A stretch of 64,000 nucleotides of DNA, taken from the NCBI RefSeq assembly GCF_963921235.1, contig NC_086097.1, positions 79,610,001 to 79,674,000 on the forward strand, in the 5' to 3' direction. Below, in pieces: positions 25,060-37,247 of the stretch. This DNA comes from Mobula hypostoma. Its lineage: Eukaryota. Position numbers and translations under genes: made by a program. Under the pieces are notes generated by a model. It worked only from the letters and a program-made list of their open reading frames with translations. It searched no databases and was not told the origin of the DNA. Position 1 is the first letter of the stretch. Each line of letters begins with the position of its first letter.

Positions 25060-27110
25060 AAGTGCAGAAGGGCAAGCAGGGAGTGACATGAGGTGACAGA
25101 AGGTGTCAAGAAGTATGCTAAACAGCATGGAAAAGACCTCATAGTCCATGGATCAGATCAAAGCATTGCAGTCCTATTACATCTAGTTGTTAATGGGGGC
25201 AAACAATAGCATTCGGGAAGTGGCGCAGGCTCCTGATATCCTGTCCTCAATAACAGTGGGCCCCAGCATGAGTGCTGTAGAAAATTCTGAAATATTCTGA
25301 ATTTGAAAAGATGATCCATAATGCTTCCTCCTGAATCTCCACCTCTGCAAAAACCAGCCTTCAGCCAAAATGATTCACTCCATGTTAGAATTAGAATTTT
25401 TATTTTTTACATCTATCTCACAACATGAGGGAGTAAAGATCACTATGTTGCATCTCTGTCACCATGTACAAGCAATATTGAAGGGAAATATGGGAGGATA
25501 TTGCCCAAACACTAAGATTGTATACATAATTGTTTTGTACACGTTATGTACAGTCAGATATGCAATCCGATCAATGTGTATTGATAAATCTGATGGACCG
25601 GTGAAAGAAGCTGTCCTGTAGCCTGATGGTCTTGGCCTGAAACAGCTGCTTGATTTCTTGTGATACCAGGAAATGGGAAGAGCACTGGATATAGCAAAGA
25701 TTATGGGAAAATATGCTATCTCTCTATAGTATTGCAGATTTGTAGACTTGGACTGGCAGTGCAGTTAGAATGATAGAATCTACCTTACATTGTAGAAAAT
25801 TGCACAAGTGTGCCCTTTTTAAAAAGAGCAAAACAAATCCAATTCTAATAATTGCTTCTCAATCAATCTACCCTCAATTATTAGCAGTGACAGAAGCCAC
25901 CACTGATAATACTATAAAGCAGTACTCACTTACCATCAACCTACTCACTGACAATCAGTTTGTGTTTGGACTGGACTTCCTCATAACTGCAGCCCAAATG
26001 TGAACCAAAGAGCTGAATTCCAGAAGTACAGTGTGGTGACAGTAATGGCTTTGACATCAAGTCAGGATTTGTTTCAGGGTGAAGCTTAGAAGCTTCATAA
26101 AACTGGTCAATGGGAAAGCACAAGAAGGTTGGAGTCATACCTTAAATAAAGAAAGATGAGTGTGATTGATGAAGGTCAAATATCCCAGCCTGAGGGCATC
26201 ACTGCAGGGTTCCCAGGGAAGTGTCTTCGACTCACCTTCAGCTGCTTCATCAGTGAATTTCCTTGACATATTATTAGAAATAGGGATACCTGTCGATGAT
26301 TGCACAAAGTTCGATTCTATTTGCAAGTCCTCATCTAATGAACTAGTCCAAGCTTGCAAATATTTGAGTAGGGGCTAAGAGGCAGATAACATTCATGCCA
26401 TGAGACTGATCATCTGCAACGAGAAAGAATCTTACCATCTACCATTAACACTTAAAGACATCACCACCCAAGTGACTATTCCATGGATTACTATTGACCA
26501 CAAAGCCAACTGAACAGACACATAAAAACTGTGACGATAAGAGCAAACTTGAGGCCATGTATTCTGCCATGAATGACTCACTGATATTCCAGTGCCAACA
26601 AAATCCAAGCCTGAAGCATGATGGAATGTTCTCCACTTGCCTACATGGGTCAACTCTCACAATTCTCAAGAAGCCCTACACCATCCAGGACAAAGCAGCT
26701 TGCTTAACTGGGACCCTATGAACAACACTAAATATGAACTTCCCTCCTGGCATTCAGTGGCTGCATTGTGTATCTGCTACGAAATGCATTACTATTGCTT
26801 AGTCAGGCTAATAAGATGTCGCCCTATTAAATCTCCAACTTTTACAGCAAAGACAAGGGAGTAAGTGCATGAAAAGACTACCATCTACTGGTTCTCCAAG
26901 TTAGCCACCATCCTGAGTTGGAAATATATTCTCACTCCTTTATCATGACAGGGTATAAATCCTGAAAATGCCTGTATAATAAGGTGTACCTTCACCAGAA
27001 TTAAATCAAAGTTCAAAAAGGAAGCTCAGCACCTTTTTTCAAAGCTAGTTAGAGATGGATAATAAATGTAGCAGTCAGTGATTGTCAGATTCCAAAAATG
27101 TATTTAAAAC
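25060..27110 (+). mobile_element. Ancient CR1/L2-group LINE remnant with a younger insertion at ~25385-25650
   Basis: Decayed RT motifs LLTDNQFVF, a QGS-like segment (GGTTCCCAGGGAAGTGTCTT) and VDD; subfamily not assignable. Confidence 0.55.
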
Positions 27111-27289
27111 AATAGGGGAAATAAAAAACCACTATGTTCAGTTCTGATTGCAACTCTGTTCTTAAGTCATCAATGCCATTCCTTCCTCACTGCAAGTCTA
27201 AGACTCTTAGAAACCATTCATAATTTTATCTGCTTCTTTTATTCACCTGACTAGTGCAATCCTTTCCTGCCTAGGGTCTTAATCTTTCC

Positions 27290-27610
27290 ACGTAACAGAG
27301 AATGAAGCCATACAGCCCACTGAGTCTATGTTGGCTCATTCCTAAATCCTATTTCCCTGCTAATACTCTATAACCTATTCCTCTCACATACCCATCAGTT
27401 CCACCATTCATATACACAAAGAACACTTTATAGTCTACTGTGGCTAATTAATGTACCAACTGGCGTGCCTTCGATTTAAAGAAATGTGTACCTGGAAAAA
27501 GCATGCAGTCACATTGGGAATGGGCAGACTCAACAAAGACTACTCCAGAGGCTGGGATCAGAACCAGGTTACTTGAGGTGTGCTGTAGTAGCTCTGCTAG
27601 TGAGTCACTG
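27290..27610 (-). mobile_element. Degraded SINE (V-SINE-like)
   Basis: Reverse-complement CR1-type tail (GCCATACAGCCCACTGAGTCTATG) and V-core-like GAATGGGCAGACTCAAC. Confidence 0.45.
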
Positions 27611-30391
27611 GTCCATTTAGTCAGAACAGCCTGATCCAGTTTTCCACTTAAAATGGTCGCAAATCTAGCATTGCTTCAATTTCTCTCATTCTTGCTTTTA
27701 AATTTCTCTAGAACATCTATATTTACCTCCATAGTCTCCACCATTGCTCCAATATCTCTGCATTACTTGAATTGTGATTTCCATAAACCAGATTTTAATT
27801 ACTCCATCATAGCTGGCTGTAAATTCAGCTCTGGAATTCCCGCTTTAAAACACTCCACACAAGCTCATGACAGATGTTTGGGGTAATTTCACTCCGTTAA
27901 TAAAATTGTTTGCAAATACAACTGTTGTCTTTTTCTCCACATGCAGTGCCTAACCTACTGAGTATTTTCAGCTTTTATCTTTTATCACAATGGAATTTGC
28001 AATGAATACAATGATATAACTATGTGCAGTTAGGAAAGCCAGCCTTAGCTATAAGGTATGCAATGTTTTAACCAGGTAATTTAATCATCCAATAGACATG
28101 CACAAATTAACTAATTATGCAGTAGTGTATTAGTTAACATTTAATTTTTTAATTTAAAAAATTATTTTTAAGCTTCTTTAGGAATCTATTTATTGTTTCA
28201 TCAGACACAATTATACAACTTCCTTGTTTCAAGGTCTTCTTACAGAAAACACCAAAACAGTTTTTAGTTAATCTGCATGGACATGTAAATATTAGAAAAG
28301 AGATTCTCAAATAAGAAGCTGTGCATTAATGTTGATAACAAGGTTAACTTTAAAGAGCAATAATCATTGTTACATTCTACTATTGTCAAAAAAAAATCAA
28401 GAAATGTCTTTCATGGAGTTTTGCGCTGAAATAAAACAATCTTCTACTTTTACTCCATTAACTTCTGAATACATCATATTTTCAGCGAGAATTCACCAGA
28501 GGCCACTTAAGCATTGTATAATTATGACAAAGGAGCAGAAGGAAAACCACTCAAACCGTTATTTAAAAACATACAATAAAAGAGTATTATTCATTGCATG
28601 GAATAAATTATTTTCTTAGTTCTTCTGTGAAAATGGTACAATTCTGTGGTCTCTTAAAATTTCAAACATGCTTAGAGACAAGGGATATACTCATAATGAG
28701 CAATATAGGACAACTTCAAGGACAAAAATACAACAAAAAAAGAAAATCCGGTATTTTTTTGAATGCCATTCAGCAATGAGGAAGAATAGAATGGCTTCAA
28801 TTGTTGGCTAGCACCAGAGGGCAACTGTTTTCCACCATTTATATACCATTTATGTTTATAATTTTGAAATGGAGATGGTTGAACTCGATATAGTTTAATT
28901 CAACAACTACAGGTTAAGTAACTGAGAGATTGAATCTGCTATATCTACATGATTGCTTTAAGGATTATAGAAATACAAATGAGACAATGGGAACTAACAG
29001 TGACTTCATATCCCAGAGAAAGGTTATGAACATTCTTTCTCAGAGAACTTATTTACTCACTGAAAATGTACAATGTTAAATATAAACTTCTGGATAATAA
29101 ATGTATGTTATAGTGCTGAAATAGGGCCTAATTGAATAATTTTGCAACATTATTCGTATAAATAGAGAATTGAAGATAGCTGGTCATTAGCAAAATGTGA
29201 GAAATTAATGGATACTAGCTTCATGCATCTACAGAGGGACAAATATCGTTGTGATATTCTTGCAGACTCTATATTAGCCACCCATTGCCCATATCAAAAT
29301 AGTATTAAATCATATCTATTTTGCACCAAACCAAGTCCAAATTGTGTTCCTCTGTTAACTAGATAATGACAACTCAATCATGTTCATCACATGTATATGG
29401 TAATGAAAACAATGTAGCTAGCAGTACCTTCAAGCTGGCTATGCACATTGTTTGGTAAGTTTTGGCTTGGTAAATTACTAGTTTACTTACTGAAGATTGT
29501 GATAAAACCTTAAATCAAAACATCACCAGGAATTTAATGGATTCTCAGAATACTATTCAACTCTTCTCTCACTGATAACATAGTTTGCTGAGTTCTGCAT
29601 TTCTCTATTCTACCATTAGAAACAAACATCTAGGATAGGACTTAACTCTTTATTTATGCAGAATATTGCAATTACAAGTTTGCAAAAATCATGAGAACCT
29701 GCAGAAAATAACTTGGATTCAGCATTAAGTATATAAGCATTTCTATTTTTAAGTTGATCAGGTGTTGTGAGTGCATTTACTGTATAACAGAATTCACCAA
29801 GATGAACGGTTTTGAATTTCATTTCTACTACTAGTCTTTGAATCCTATACCTTTAGAATTTGGAATGTCATTTTGAAAAAAAACCCCTATAACAATAAGA
29901 AAGTGAGAGGAACTCTTCTACCTATGCTCCTTCCAAGTGCCTTGAATAGATAATGAAATTCTAACATCTGATCTTTACATATATATTTTCCCGGCAATCT
30001 TCCAAAAGTAGAAACAGAAAGTCAATAATGAAGTCAGTGCGAAGTCAGAAATAAATAAAATCCCTCCTTATACTCTATGTACTTACCAAACTTGCATTCA
30101 TTTGGTCTTATTTTGCAGTGTTCATTTGTTCCCTAAATTTTTAATAATTATTGCTGTCATTTAAGAAAAAAATAGTTATGCCCAAACGCATTATATGCTT
30201 GGAGTGAAAAAAGTCCTGCACTTTGTTTCTTCGTTCTATCCCAAAATACCCTCTTACCACATTGCTCATTTTATTTCAGATCAGAATCACACCATCAAAA
30301 GTAACATGCAGAATTGTAAAAACTGTGTTCACAAGAGCAGGGCGCAAAGCAACACAGTAGTGCTAATGATGCAAGAACACGTGCAGTGTAC

Positions 30392-30433
30392 CTCTGTAGC
30401 ACAATAAGAAGGTGTGCATGAAGAGAGCTCAGC
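30392..30433 (-). CDS. gphn: Gephyrin C4c-like cassette exon, 42 nt, phase 0, AELSSCTPSYCATE
   Basis: Acceptor ctgattaac...tgttttcttttcccttgctgcacaaccAG and donor GAG/GTacac. 14 aa, 6/14 identical to the recalled mammalian cassette ARLPSCSSTYSVSE, with the same length and order. Confidence 0.8.
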
Positions 30434-31277
30434 CTGGTTGTGCAGCAAGGGAAAAGAAAACACTGTTAATCAGGAGGGTGTGCCAGAAAAAGGTCTGAAG
30501 AGCTTCTCTGCAAAGGTAGTTCCAGCTCTGGGGTAGAAGGCAGGGGTTTCATTAATATTTTCTTCGTTTGTGGGTGGAATAGATTTGGTAGATTATATAA
30601 AATCTGACCTTTAAACATCATGAGCTGATGCCAACACAAAACAGCCTGTATCTTTTTTGTTGGCATTTATTCCAGATAATTATTTCACCATTTTGACACC
30701 ATTTACAGCATGAAGCTGATTATACATTATTGAAGTTTTGTCAAGATCTTATTTCTGAATTCCTTCAAAATCAATTAAAAATCATTGGCTTGGATTCTAA
30801 TCATTTTAAGATGTTAAAATTATGTTATATTTGACAAAGCTCAAGAGAAACTTAACACTGCCAGGAGTATCAACAATAAAATCTGCATTACAGTTGCTTT
30901 GCTTTACCATGAAAAGAACTAGAGTAATCTTTATAGTCCTGAGAAGGATAACCAATGTAAATACTTGAATATGGATCACTAGAAAAGCGGAATTAAAAAG
31001 TGTTTTACTGAAATTGGCATTTGTTATTAGACATCTAAAAAACAGACTGCTTCATAGGAAGTTCTACAATTTTAGAGTACAAAGCAACAAAATGATACCA
31101 GTGAAGGCAACAATTATTTATAGAGCATTGTAAGGTAATCCTCAATCTCTAGCCTCAATTTAATGAAACCCCTGTTGGGGTGGAAAAGGAGGGGAGAAGA
31201 AGAATGAAAGCAAATAATTGAGCTGCTGTTGTTGGCCAGCAGAATAATAACATCACCAAGTAAAATTAAATATTTAC

Positions 31278-31339
31278 TTTTAGAGAGACCCTTTTCACAT
31301 TTCCATCTGATCTCTGAGCTCCTCCAGTTTTCTATGGAG
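31278..31339 (-). CDS. gphn: Gephyrin C4b-like cassette exon with an apparent 4-nt frameshift (62 nt; 54 nt from an internal AG)
   Basis: After tacatgtAG the frame reads LHRKLEELRDQMEM*, and a shifted frame reads GNVKRVSLK/VN. The recalled mammalian cassette is LHRKLEELRDHLEGNVKGYSLRVN. Donor AAA/GTaaat. Confidence 0.75.
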
Positions 31340-32439
31340 CTACATGTAAACATCAAAAAATAATTTAAACAGTCTGTCCTTTCACTTAATACTACAATCC
31401 TCAACACCACTTAAAGTATAATTTCAAAACTAGTATTACTTGTATTTCAACACGTCTTTCTGGAGTTTTCTGGATCAAAGCTTAAAGCTGCAATGAATTA
31501 TAGTGCACACTTGGTACAGTTTTATTATTTAACTCAGCCAAGAGAGGGTGCTTTAGAAATAGGATATACATTAAGGAAAGGTGCTTTTTTTTGCATTGAT
31601 GATGATAGGGTAGAGGTTTCATTTAAGTTTTCTCAAAGTTGAATTCCTTATGAACTGAAAGGATGGTTAAGGTTCTCTTACAGAAATCATAATTTTAGAG
31701 GTATATACAGAAGTTGTCAAATTTTAGAATTACAATATACCACACATAAAATTATGAAAATTTAATTGGAAAGATATTCTCTCCTGTGGCTAAAATGACC
31801 ACCCAGATCAAGCTATGTTTGATCATACAGAGATCAAACCACAGATCAAGTTAGGTTTAAGCCACACAATCAGACACTGCGATGCCCTTTAATTTGCAGT
31901 TTCTTTCTTCATTTTCTCAACAGCTCATAATGCTTCTTGTCTCTTAAGAGTGAGTATGATTAGTTGCTTAAAAGTCAGTACTGTACAGCTGAGGGTAGTT
32001 AATGTCTGTTTATATAGTACTGAAAATTTTAGTGAGATAATACAACAATTCAAGAGTGCAATGGTAAAATTATTTTCTAGCCCTGACCAAATCTCTCCTG
32101 CTTAGTTCCAAGGTATATGCAGTGACAATTACACTGATATTAATATCCAAACAGATATTAATGTACAAATATGTTTAGGACAATTACACTTGAAATGGTG
32201 CCAGCAGTGAGTTGACAGTTAGACTTTGGCATTTTTAACAAACTAAATACACAGCATCACCTTGCAACATGTTGGGAAGTTGTGATACAATCATCCAAAC
32301 AGTATGTTAAAATATACTAAAAAGAACTAAATTAAGCTGAATTACACTGTAAATTTATGAGCACTAAAATGATAGGTCAGCTGGGGGTTAAGCAAAATTA
32401 ATTTTCAAGTAAATCTTAACAGTCATATGAATAAAATAT

Positions 32440-32870
32440 AAGGGAGCAAGCATCTATGATTGATTGCAAGGCAGTACAGTATCTTAATAGCTGGAACTAA
32501 AATTGGAAGAGAAGATGATGGTTGTATTCTGTAAGAAAATATTGATGGATCAGTTAGGTCAGCAGAAATGTGGCAAGTAAAATTTGATTTAAGGAAGTCT
32601 GAGGTGGAAGGTTAATAAGGCAAGAGAAAGTAAAGTGCAGGATATTAAAAACTGCAGATGAATGAAGGAACACTGAGAGAAATCCTGCAGTACATATTCA
32701 CAGAGCTCTGAAAGTAAAAGTATAGGACCATTAGGCAGTTAAATATAGGTTACTTTGCCTGTCTGCCATTGCATTTTAAGCTAGCAGGTCATGTTGGATT
32801 AGTACGGGCTACACTTGGATTACAATGTAATTGCACGAAGGATGTAATACCAGAAGAAAGGTTACCACAC
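32440..32870 (+). mobile_element. Highly degraded CR1 ORF2 C-terminal fragment
   Basis: Colinear similarity to 15350-15800 (AAAATTGGAAG, AAATGTGGCAAGTAAAATTTGAT, CACTTGGATTAC). Confidence 0.5.
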
Positions 32871-33107
32871 TATTTCCCATTTATGTAATGCCTTTAGCAT
32901 AAAACAATATTCAAAAGTAATTCATTAGAATAGCACTTAACAAAGCTTTTACATAAATAATTTGCAAAGATCTCCAAAAGCTTGATAAATAATAGAGGTT
33001 TTTAAAGATTGCTTAAGAAAAAGAGGCAGCCACACTAAGGATATCCTGGTAGTTGAAAGCATGGCTGACAAAGGTATAGTGATTAAATCAGATAATTCAA
33101 AATTCCT

Positions 33108-33600
33108 GAACATAGAACAGTACAGCACTGGATAGGCCCTCTGGCCACAATGTTGACGTTAATTTATATTGAACATCTTCTTCCTGCGCATCACTCATAA
33201 CCCTCCATTTCTTTCACATTTATGTTTCTATTTAAAAGTCTCTTAAACTCCACCAAGTTGTCTGTATCTGTTACAACCCCTGGTAACTCATTATAGGCAT
33301 CTACTATTCTCTGCCCAAAAAATTCGCCTCTCACATGTCCTTTAAACCTCACCCCTCCAACCTTAAAAGCATGTTCTCTGGTATTTGTTGTTTTTATCCT
33401 GAAGAAATATTCTGATTAACTATCCTATCTAAGCAATAATTTTAAAAAGTATTTATCAGGTGTCCCCTTAGCCTCCGATGCTCTGGGGAGAACAACCCTA
33501 GTTTGTCCAACTTTTCCTTTTAGCTCATACGGTTTAATCCAGACAACATTATGGTAAATCTTTTCTGCATCTTCTCCAGAGTCTCCTCACATCCTACCTA
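33108..33600 (-). mobile_element. CR1 3' fragment
   Basis: GAACATAGAACAGTACAGCAC tail; colinear with 6449-6960. Confidence 0.75.
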
Positions 33601-33754
33601 TGAGTGTAGAGGAGATTAGCAAGTGTATTGTCAGGGCTGGGAATTTTAGCTGCAAGACATGATCGACTAGTGTTTGAAATAGTAGAGACTGAAGGAAGAC
33701 ATACTTAACAGGTATAAAATTATGAGTGATCTAAACAAAGTGAGTAAAAATGAT

Positions 33755-34020
33755 CTATTGCAAAAATTTAAAAAAAAATCTTGAAATACTCAGAAGGTCA
33801 AGTAGTAAATCCGGGAGGGATAGAGAGGGATAGATACATTGAGATAGAGAGAGGGATAGACAGATAGAGATATATAGAGAAAGAGAGAGAGAGAATTGAG
33901 ACTTTCCGTTTGATGAAAATTTGTGATGAATGCACACTGACCTGAAACATTGACACTGACTATTTCTGGCAATTTTTTGCTATTTTTTGGTTTCCAGCAC
34001 TTGCAGCTTTTTGCTTTAAT
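33755..34020. mobile_element. Old Penelope-terminus-derived fold-back fragment
   Basis: TGATGAATGCACACTGACCTGAAACATTGAC (decayed hammerhead-like core) and TTTCCAGCACTTGCAG end, preceded by an opposite-orientation remnant. Confidence 0.5.
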
Positions 34021-34446
34021 GGGAAGCACACTTCCCATCATGGAAAGGTCAATAGTTCAAGGACTATTACTTCTGTACTGTACATTTCAATGAGATGGTG
34101 TCACAAAGTTAATCAAGTGATCACTCGTTTGAATTAATGCCTTCAAATTACTCCCATTTGTCAAAGCTTTATGCATTTTTTATGACACCAACATCGCGGC
34201 CATAACATTCTGCAACTTACTCTGAACAGATAGATGCAGATCCTTTATTTAAATTAGTAAAATAAATCATTTTTCTTTATGATACCTTGTTATTTTTATA
34301 ACGTACTTAGTTTTCAATGTTATCTGAAATGTGAATGGCAGAGTAACAAGCTTATAGCAAGACTTTTCTGATTAGTATCATGCTAAAACTACTACATTAT
34401 ATAAATACAAGAATGGGTACAGTGAAAATGTTGAATTAAACTGTGT

Positions 34447-34535
34447 ACAACCTTATTATAACTTTGTGAAATTTATTAGCATCATAGAACAACCTTATTA
34501 TAACTTTGTGAAATTTATTAGGATCATAGAACAAC
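34447..34535. repeat. 42-bp tandem duplication (2 copies, 1 mismatch)
   Basis: ACAACCTTATTATAACTTTGTGAAATTTATTAG(C/G)ATCATAGA repeated twice. Confidence 0.95.
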
Positions 34536-34567
34536 ATCTAAAGAAACCTGTGCTAGGTTATTGATAG

Positions 34568-35263
34568 GAAGAAGCACAGTCGATATTTCGGGCCAAAACC
34601 CTTCGTCAGGACTAACTGAGAGAAAAGATAGTAAGAGATTTGAAAGTGGGAGGGGGAGGGGGAGATCCACGTCCCATTCTCATTCTGATATGTCTATCCA
34701 TGGCCTCCTCTACTGTCAAGATGAAGCCACATTCGGGTTGGAGGAACAACACCTTAATCCGTCTGGGTAGCCTCCAACCTGATGGCATGAATGTTGACTT
34801 CTCTAACTTCTGTTAATGCCCCTCCTCCCCTTCATACCCCATCCCTCATTTATTTATTTATTTAGTTTTTTTTTCCCTTTTTTTTCCTCTCTCTGTCCTT
34901 CTCACAATAACTCCCTGCCTGCTCTCCATCTTCCTCTGGTGCTCCCCTCCCCCTTTCTTTCTCCCTAGGCCTCCCGTCCCATGATCCTCTCCCTTCTCCA
35001 GCCTTGTATCCCTTTTGCCAATTAACTTTCCAGCTCTTAGCTTCATCCCTCCCCCTCCTGTCTTCTCCTATCATTTCGGATCTCCCCCTCCCCCTCCCAC
35101 TTTCAAATCTCTTACTATCTCTTCTTTCAGTTAGTCCTGACGAAGGGGCTTGGCCTGAAACGTTGACTGTACTTCTCCCTATAGATGCTGCCTGGCCTGC
35201 TGTGTTCCACCAGCATTTTGTGTGTGTTGCTTGAATTTCCAGCATCTACAGATCTCCTCGTGT
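34568..35263 (+). mobile_element. 5'-truncated Penelope copy (GIY-YIG C-terminus + pLTR) with an inverted partial pLTR at its 5' end
   Basis: TSHSHSDMSIHGLLYCQDEAT matches the 56417 ORF; 34568-34670 is the reverse complement of ~35078-35180; 15-bp TSD CTAGGTTATTGATAG at 34553-34567 and 35264-35278. Confidence 0.92.
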
Positions 35264-35754
35264 CTAGGTTATTGATAGAGCTCTCCAATTATTCCAACTT
35301 TCCTGACGTTTGCTGATAGCCACTTTTGAAATGGATAGTTATACATCTTGCAAATAAGCAGCAATGTTTCCTTCAGCTTAAGCTCTGAATAAGACACCCA
35401 TTTTTCAAGCAATTCCGCTGCAATTAACAAGGAATGTAAACTAATAAATTAGCTATGCACCTTGTACTCTCATGCACCACTACCTCACGATTTGTTTTGA
35501 TGCCTCACCTTCAATGTGGGACTAGATTATTTTCATTGATTTCTAATGTTTAAAAAATCATATTCTAGTATTTCAGTATCAAACTACCTATATGTCACAT
35601 AATGCATGCTTGCATGTTATTTCAGCACAATTCATATCCTCGGAAAATTACTGTAGTTAACAGATCCCTAATAACCACTCATATACTGTATTCTGTGGGA
35701 TTCATTATTGAGCGCATTAAACTTGTTTTATAAAGTAACATTTACAACAATAAC

Positions 35755-35881
35755 CAATGAAGGGTCTCGGCCCGAAACGTCGACTGTACCTCTTCCTAGA
35801 GATCTGCCTGGCTTGCTGCGTTCACCAGCAACTTTGATGTGTGTTGCTTGAATTTCCAGCATCTGCAGAATTCCTCGTGTT
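35755..35881 (+). mobile_element. Penelope pLTR fragment starting within the hammerhead motif
   Basis: TGAAGGGTCTCGGCCCGAAACGTCGACT...CAGCATCTGCAGAATTCCTCGTGT. Confidence 0.88.
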
Positions 35882-37190
35882 AACAATTATGCATGATGTT
35901 TTCCCAATCTCCCATGCTTCCGTGTACTTAGGACACATTGAACACCAACACAACTTCCTTTGCTGAGACTAGTGAAACAAACAAGGCCAACAACTGGAAA
36001 CCTCTATATCCGCATGACTCATTTCCATGCAAAGTGGTGCAATGCCTCAATGAGCTATGAACCATGAGGAGCTGAGTGTGGTGAGGTTATCAAAATAACT
36101 TAAATTCAGGATATTTTATAAAGAGTGAAAGAAGCCCACTATTGTGCACTATGGGTAACTTGGACTTACTAGATATGAGAATAATGTAACTGTTGATTTA
36201 GCAAAAGTCACCTCAAAGTGGGGTTGGTAGACTTATACCAATAACTGCCCCCTAGTTGATCCCTACCAGTGAATGACCTGAAATATCCTTGTATTTTTAT
36301 GTGGAAATTTGGGCTCTTTGGTATACAAAGTTTTCTATGCCATATAGCTATACCAACTGCTTGGGACATATGTTGTTAAGTCTTCAACCCAAATTCCTGG
36401 CAAGAGAACTGGAGAAGCACTTGAAAGAATATGTATTAAATTATCCTTCCAGGTTAACAGGATTAGGTGTATTCCATCCAGGTCGATTAAAATAATCAAA
36501 GGCTTCTCCATTCTCATTTTTGACAAATATATATCTGTGGATCAAAACTCACAAAAAATGGATATGGCCATTTGCATTTCAATATAATCATATAGTAAAT
36601 GTAGGGCTAATATGGAAATCATTAATATCAAACCATCAATTTATTTTGTTACCAAAATGGTTTCACAGGAGAAACGTCAATATATCTATAATAGGCTATT
36701 ATAATATTAAAGCTTTGGAATTGAGGAATATTATGTCAGGATGCTGAAACCAGTACTGAAAATAGCCACATAGTAGCTGTCTTTTCTGACATTGAAGAAA
36801 CTCTTACTGACTGTTAGATTTTAAAGATGTACCTTTAAGTAACTAAATTCACGTTTATTTAGTAAAGAAGCTGCAGCATAACACCAGTAAAGGTGAAGGA
36901 AGAGTGTTCTACAAGCCATCAAACAGCAACTACGATGGAAAGATAGAGAAGACATAAAACATAGAAGTAGAAGCATCAACTCTTCTTCAATTTCCAAACA
37001 TTAAAAAAAACTAAACTCAACATGAAAAAATACATTGGGTACAACTGCAAAATATATAAAAGCAAATGGAGCTGAAAACTGCAAGTTTAGGGAAAATGGT
37101 AGGCAGTAGAGAAAGCAAGTACAAAATGCTAAAACATAATGAGAGAGAACCGTGTAAACAAACTTGTAGAAAGTTTGTGAACATATTTAC

Positions 37191-37247
37191 TTTGAGGGAT
37201 CCGCCTCTACTAGCAACTCCTTTCGCTTCATCCGCCCTTCGAAGTTG
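37191..37247 (-). CDS. gphn: Gephyrin C4a-like cassette exon, 57 nt, phase 0, QLRRADEAKGVASRGGSLK
   Basis: Pyrimidine-rich acceptor ending ccattgtAG and donor AAA/GTaaat; 15/19 identical to the recalled mammalian cassette QIRRPDESKGVASRVGSLK. Confidence 0.9.

Noticed and set aside
29425..29447. Minus-strand VHSQLEG resembling the start of gephyrin C4d
   Set aside because: No acceptor AG before it and the similarity stops after 7 residues.
30087..30132. 46-nt minus-strand segment with a strong GTAAGT donor
   Set aside because: A-rich weak acceptor, not frame-preserving, and no recognisable homology.
30466..30666. 66-aa minus-strand ORF (KPLPSTPELELP...)
   Set aside because: Overlaps the branch-point region upstream of the C4c-like exon; no recognisable homology.
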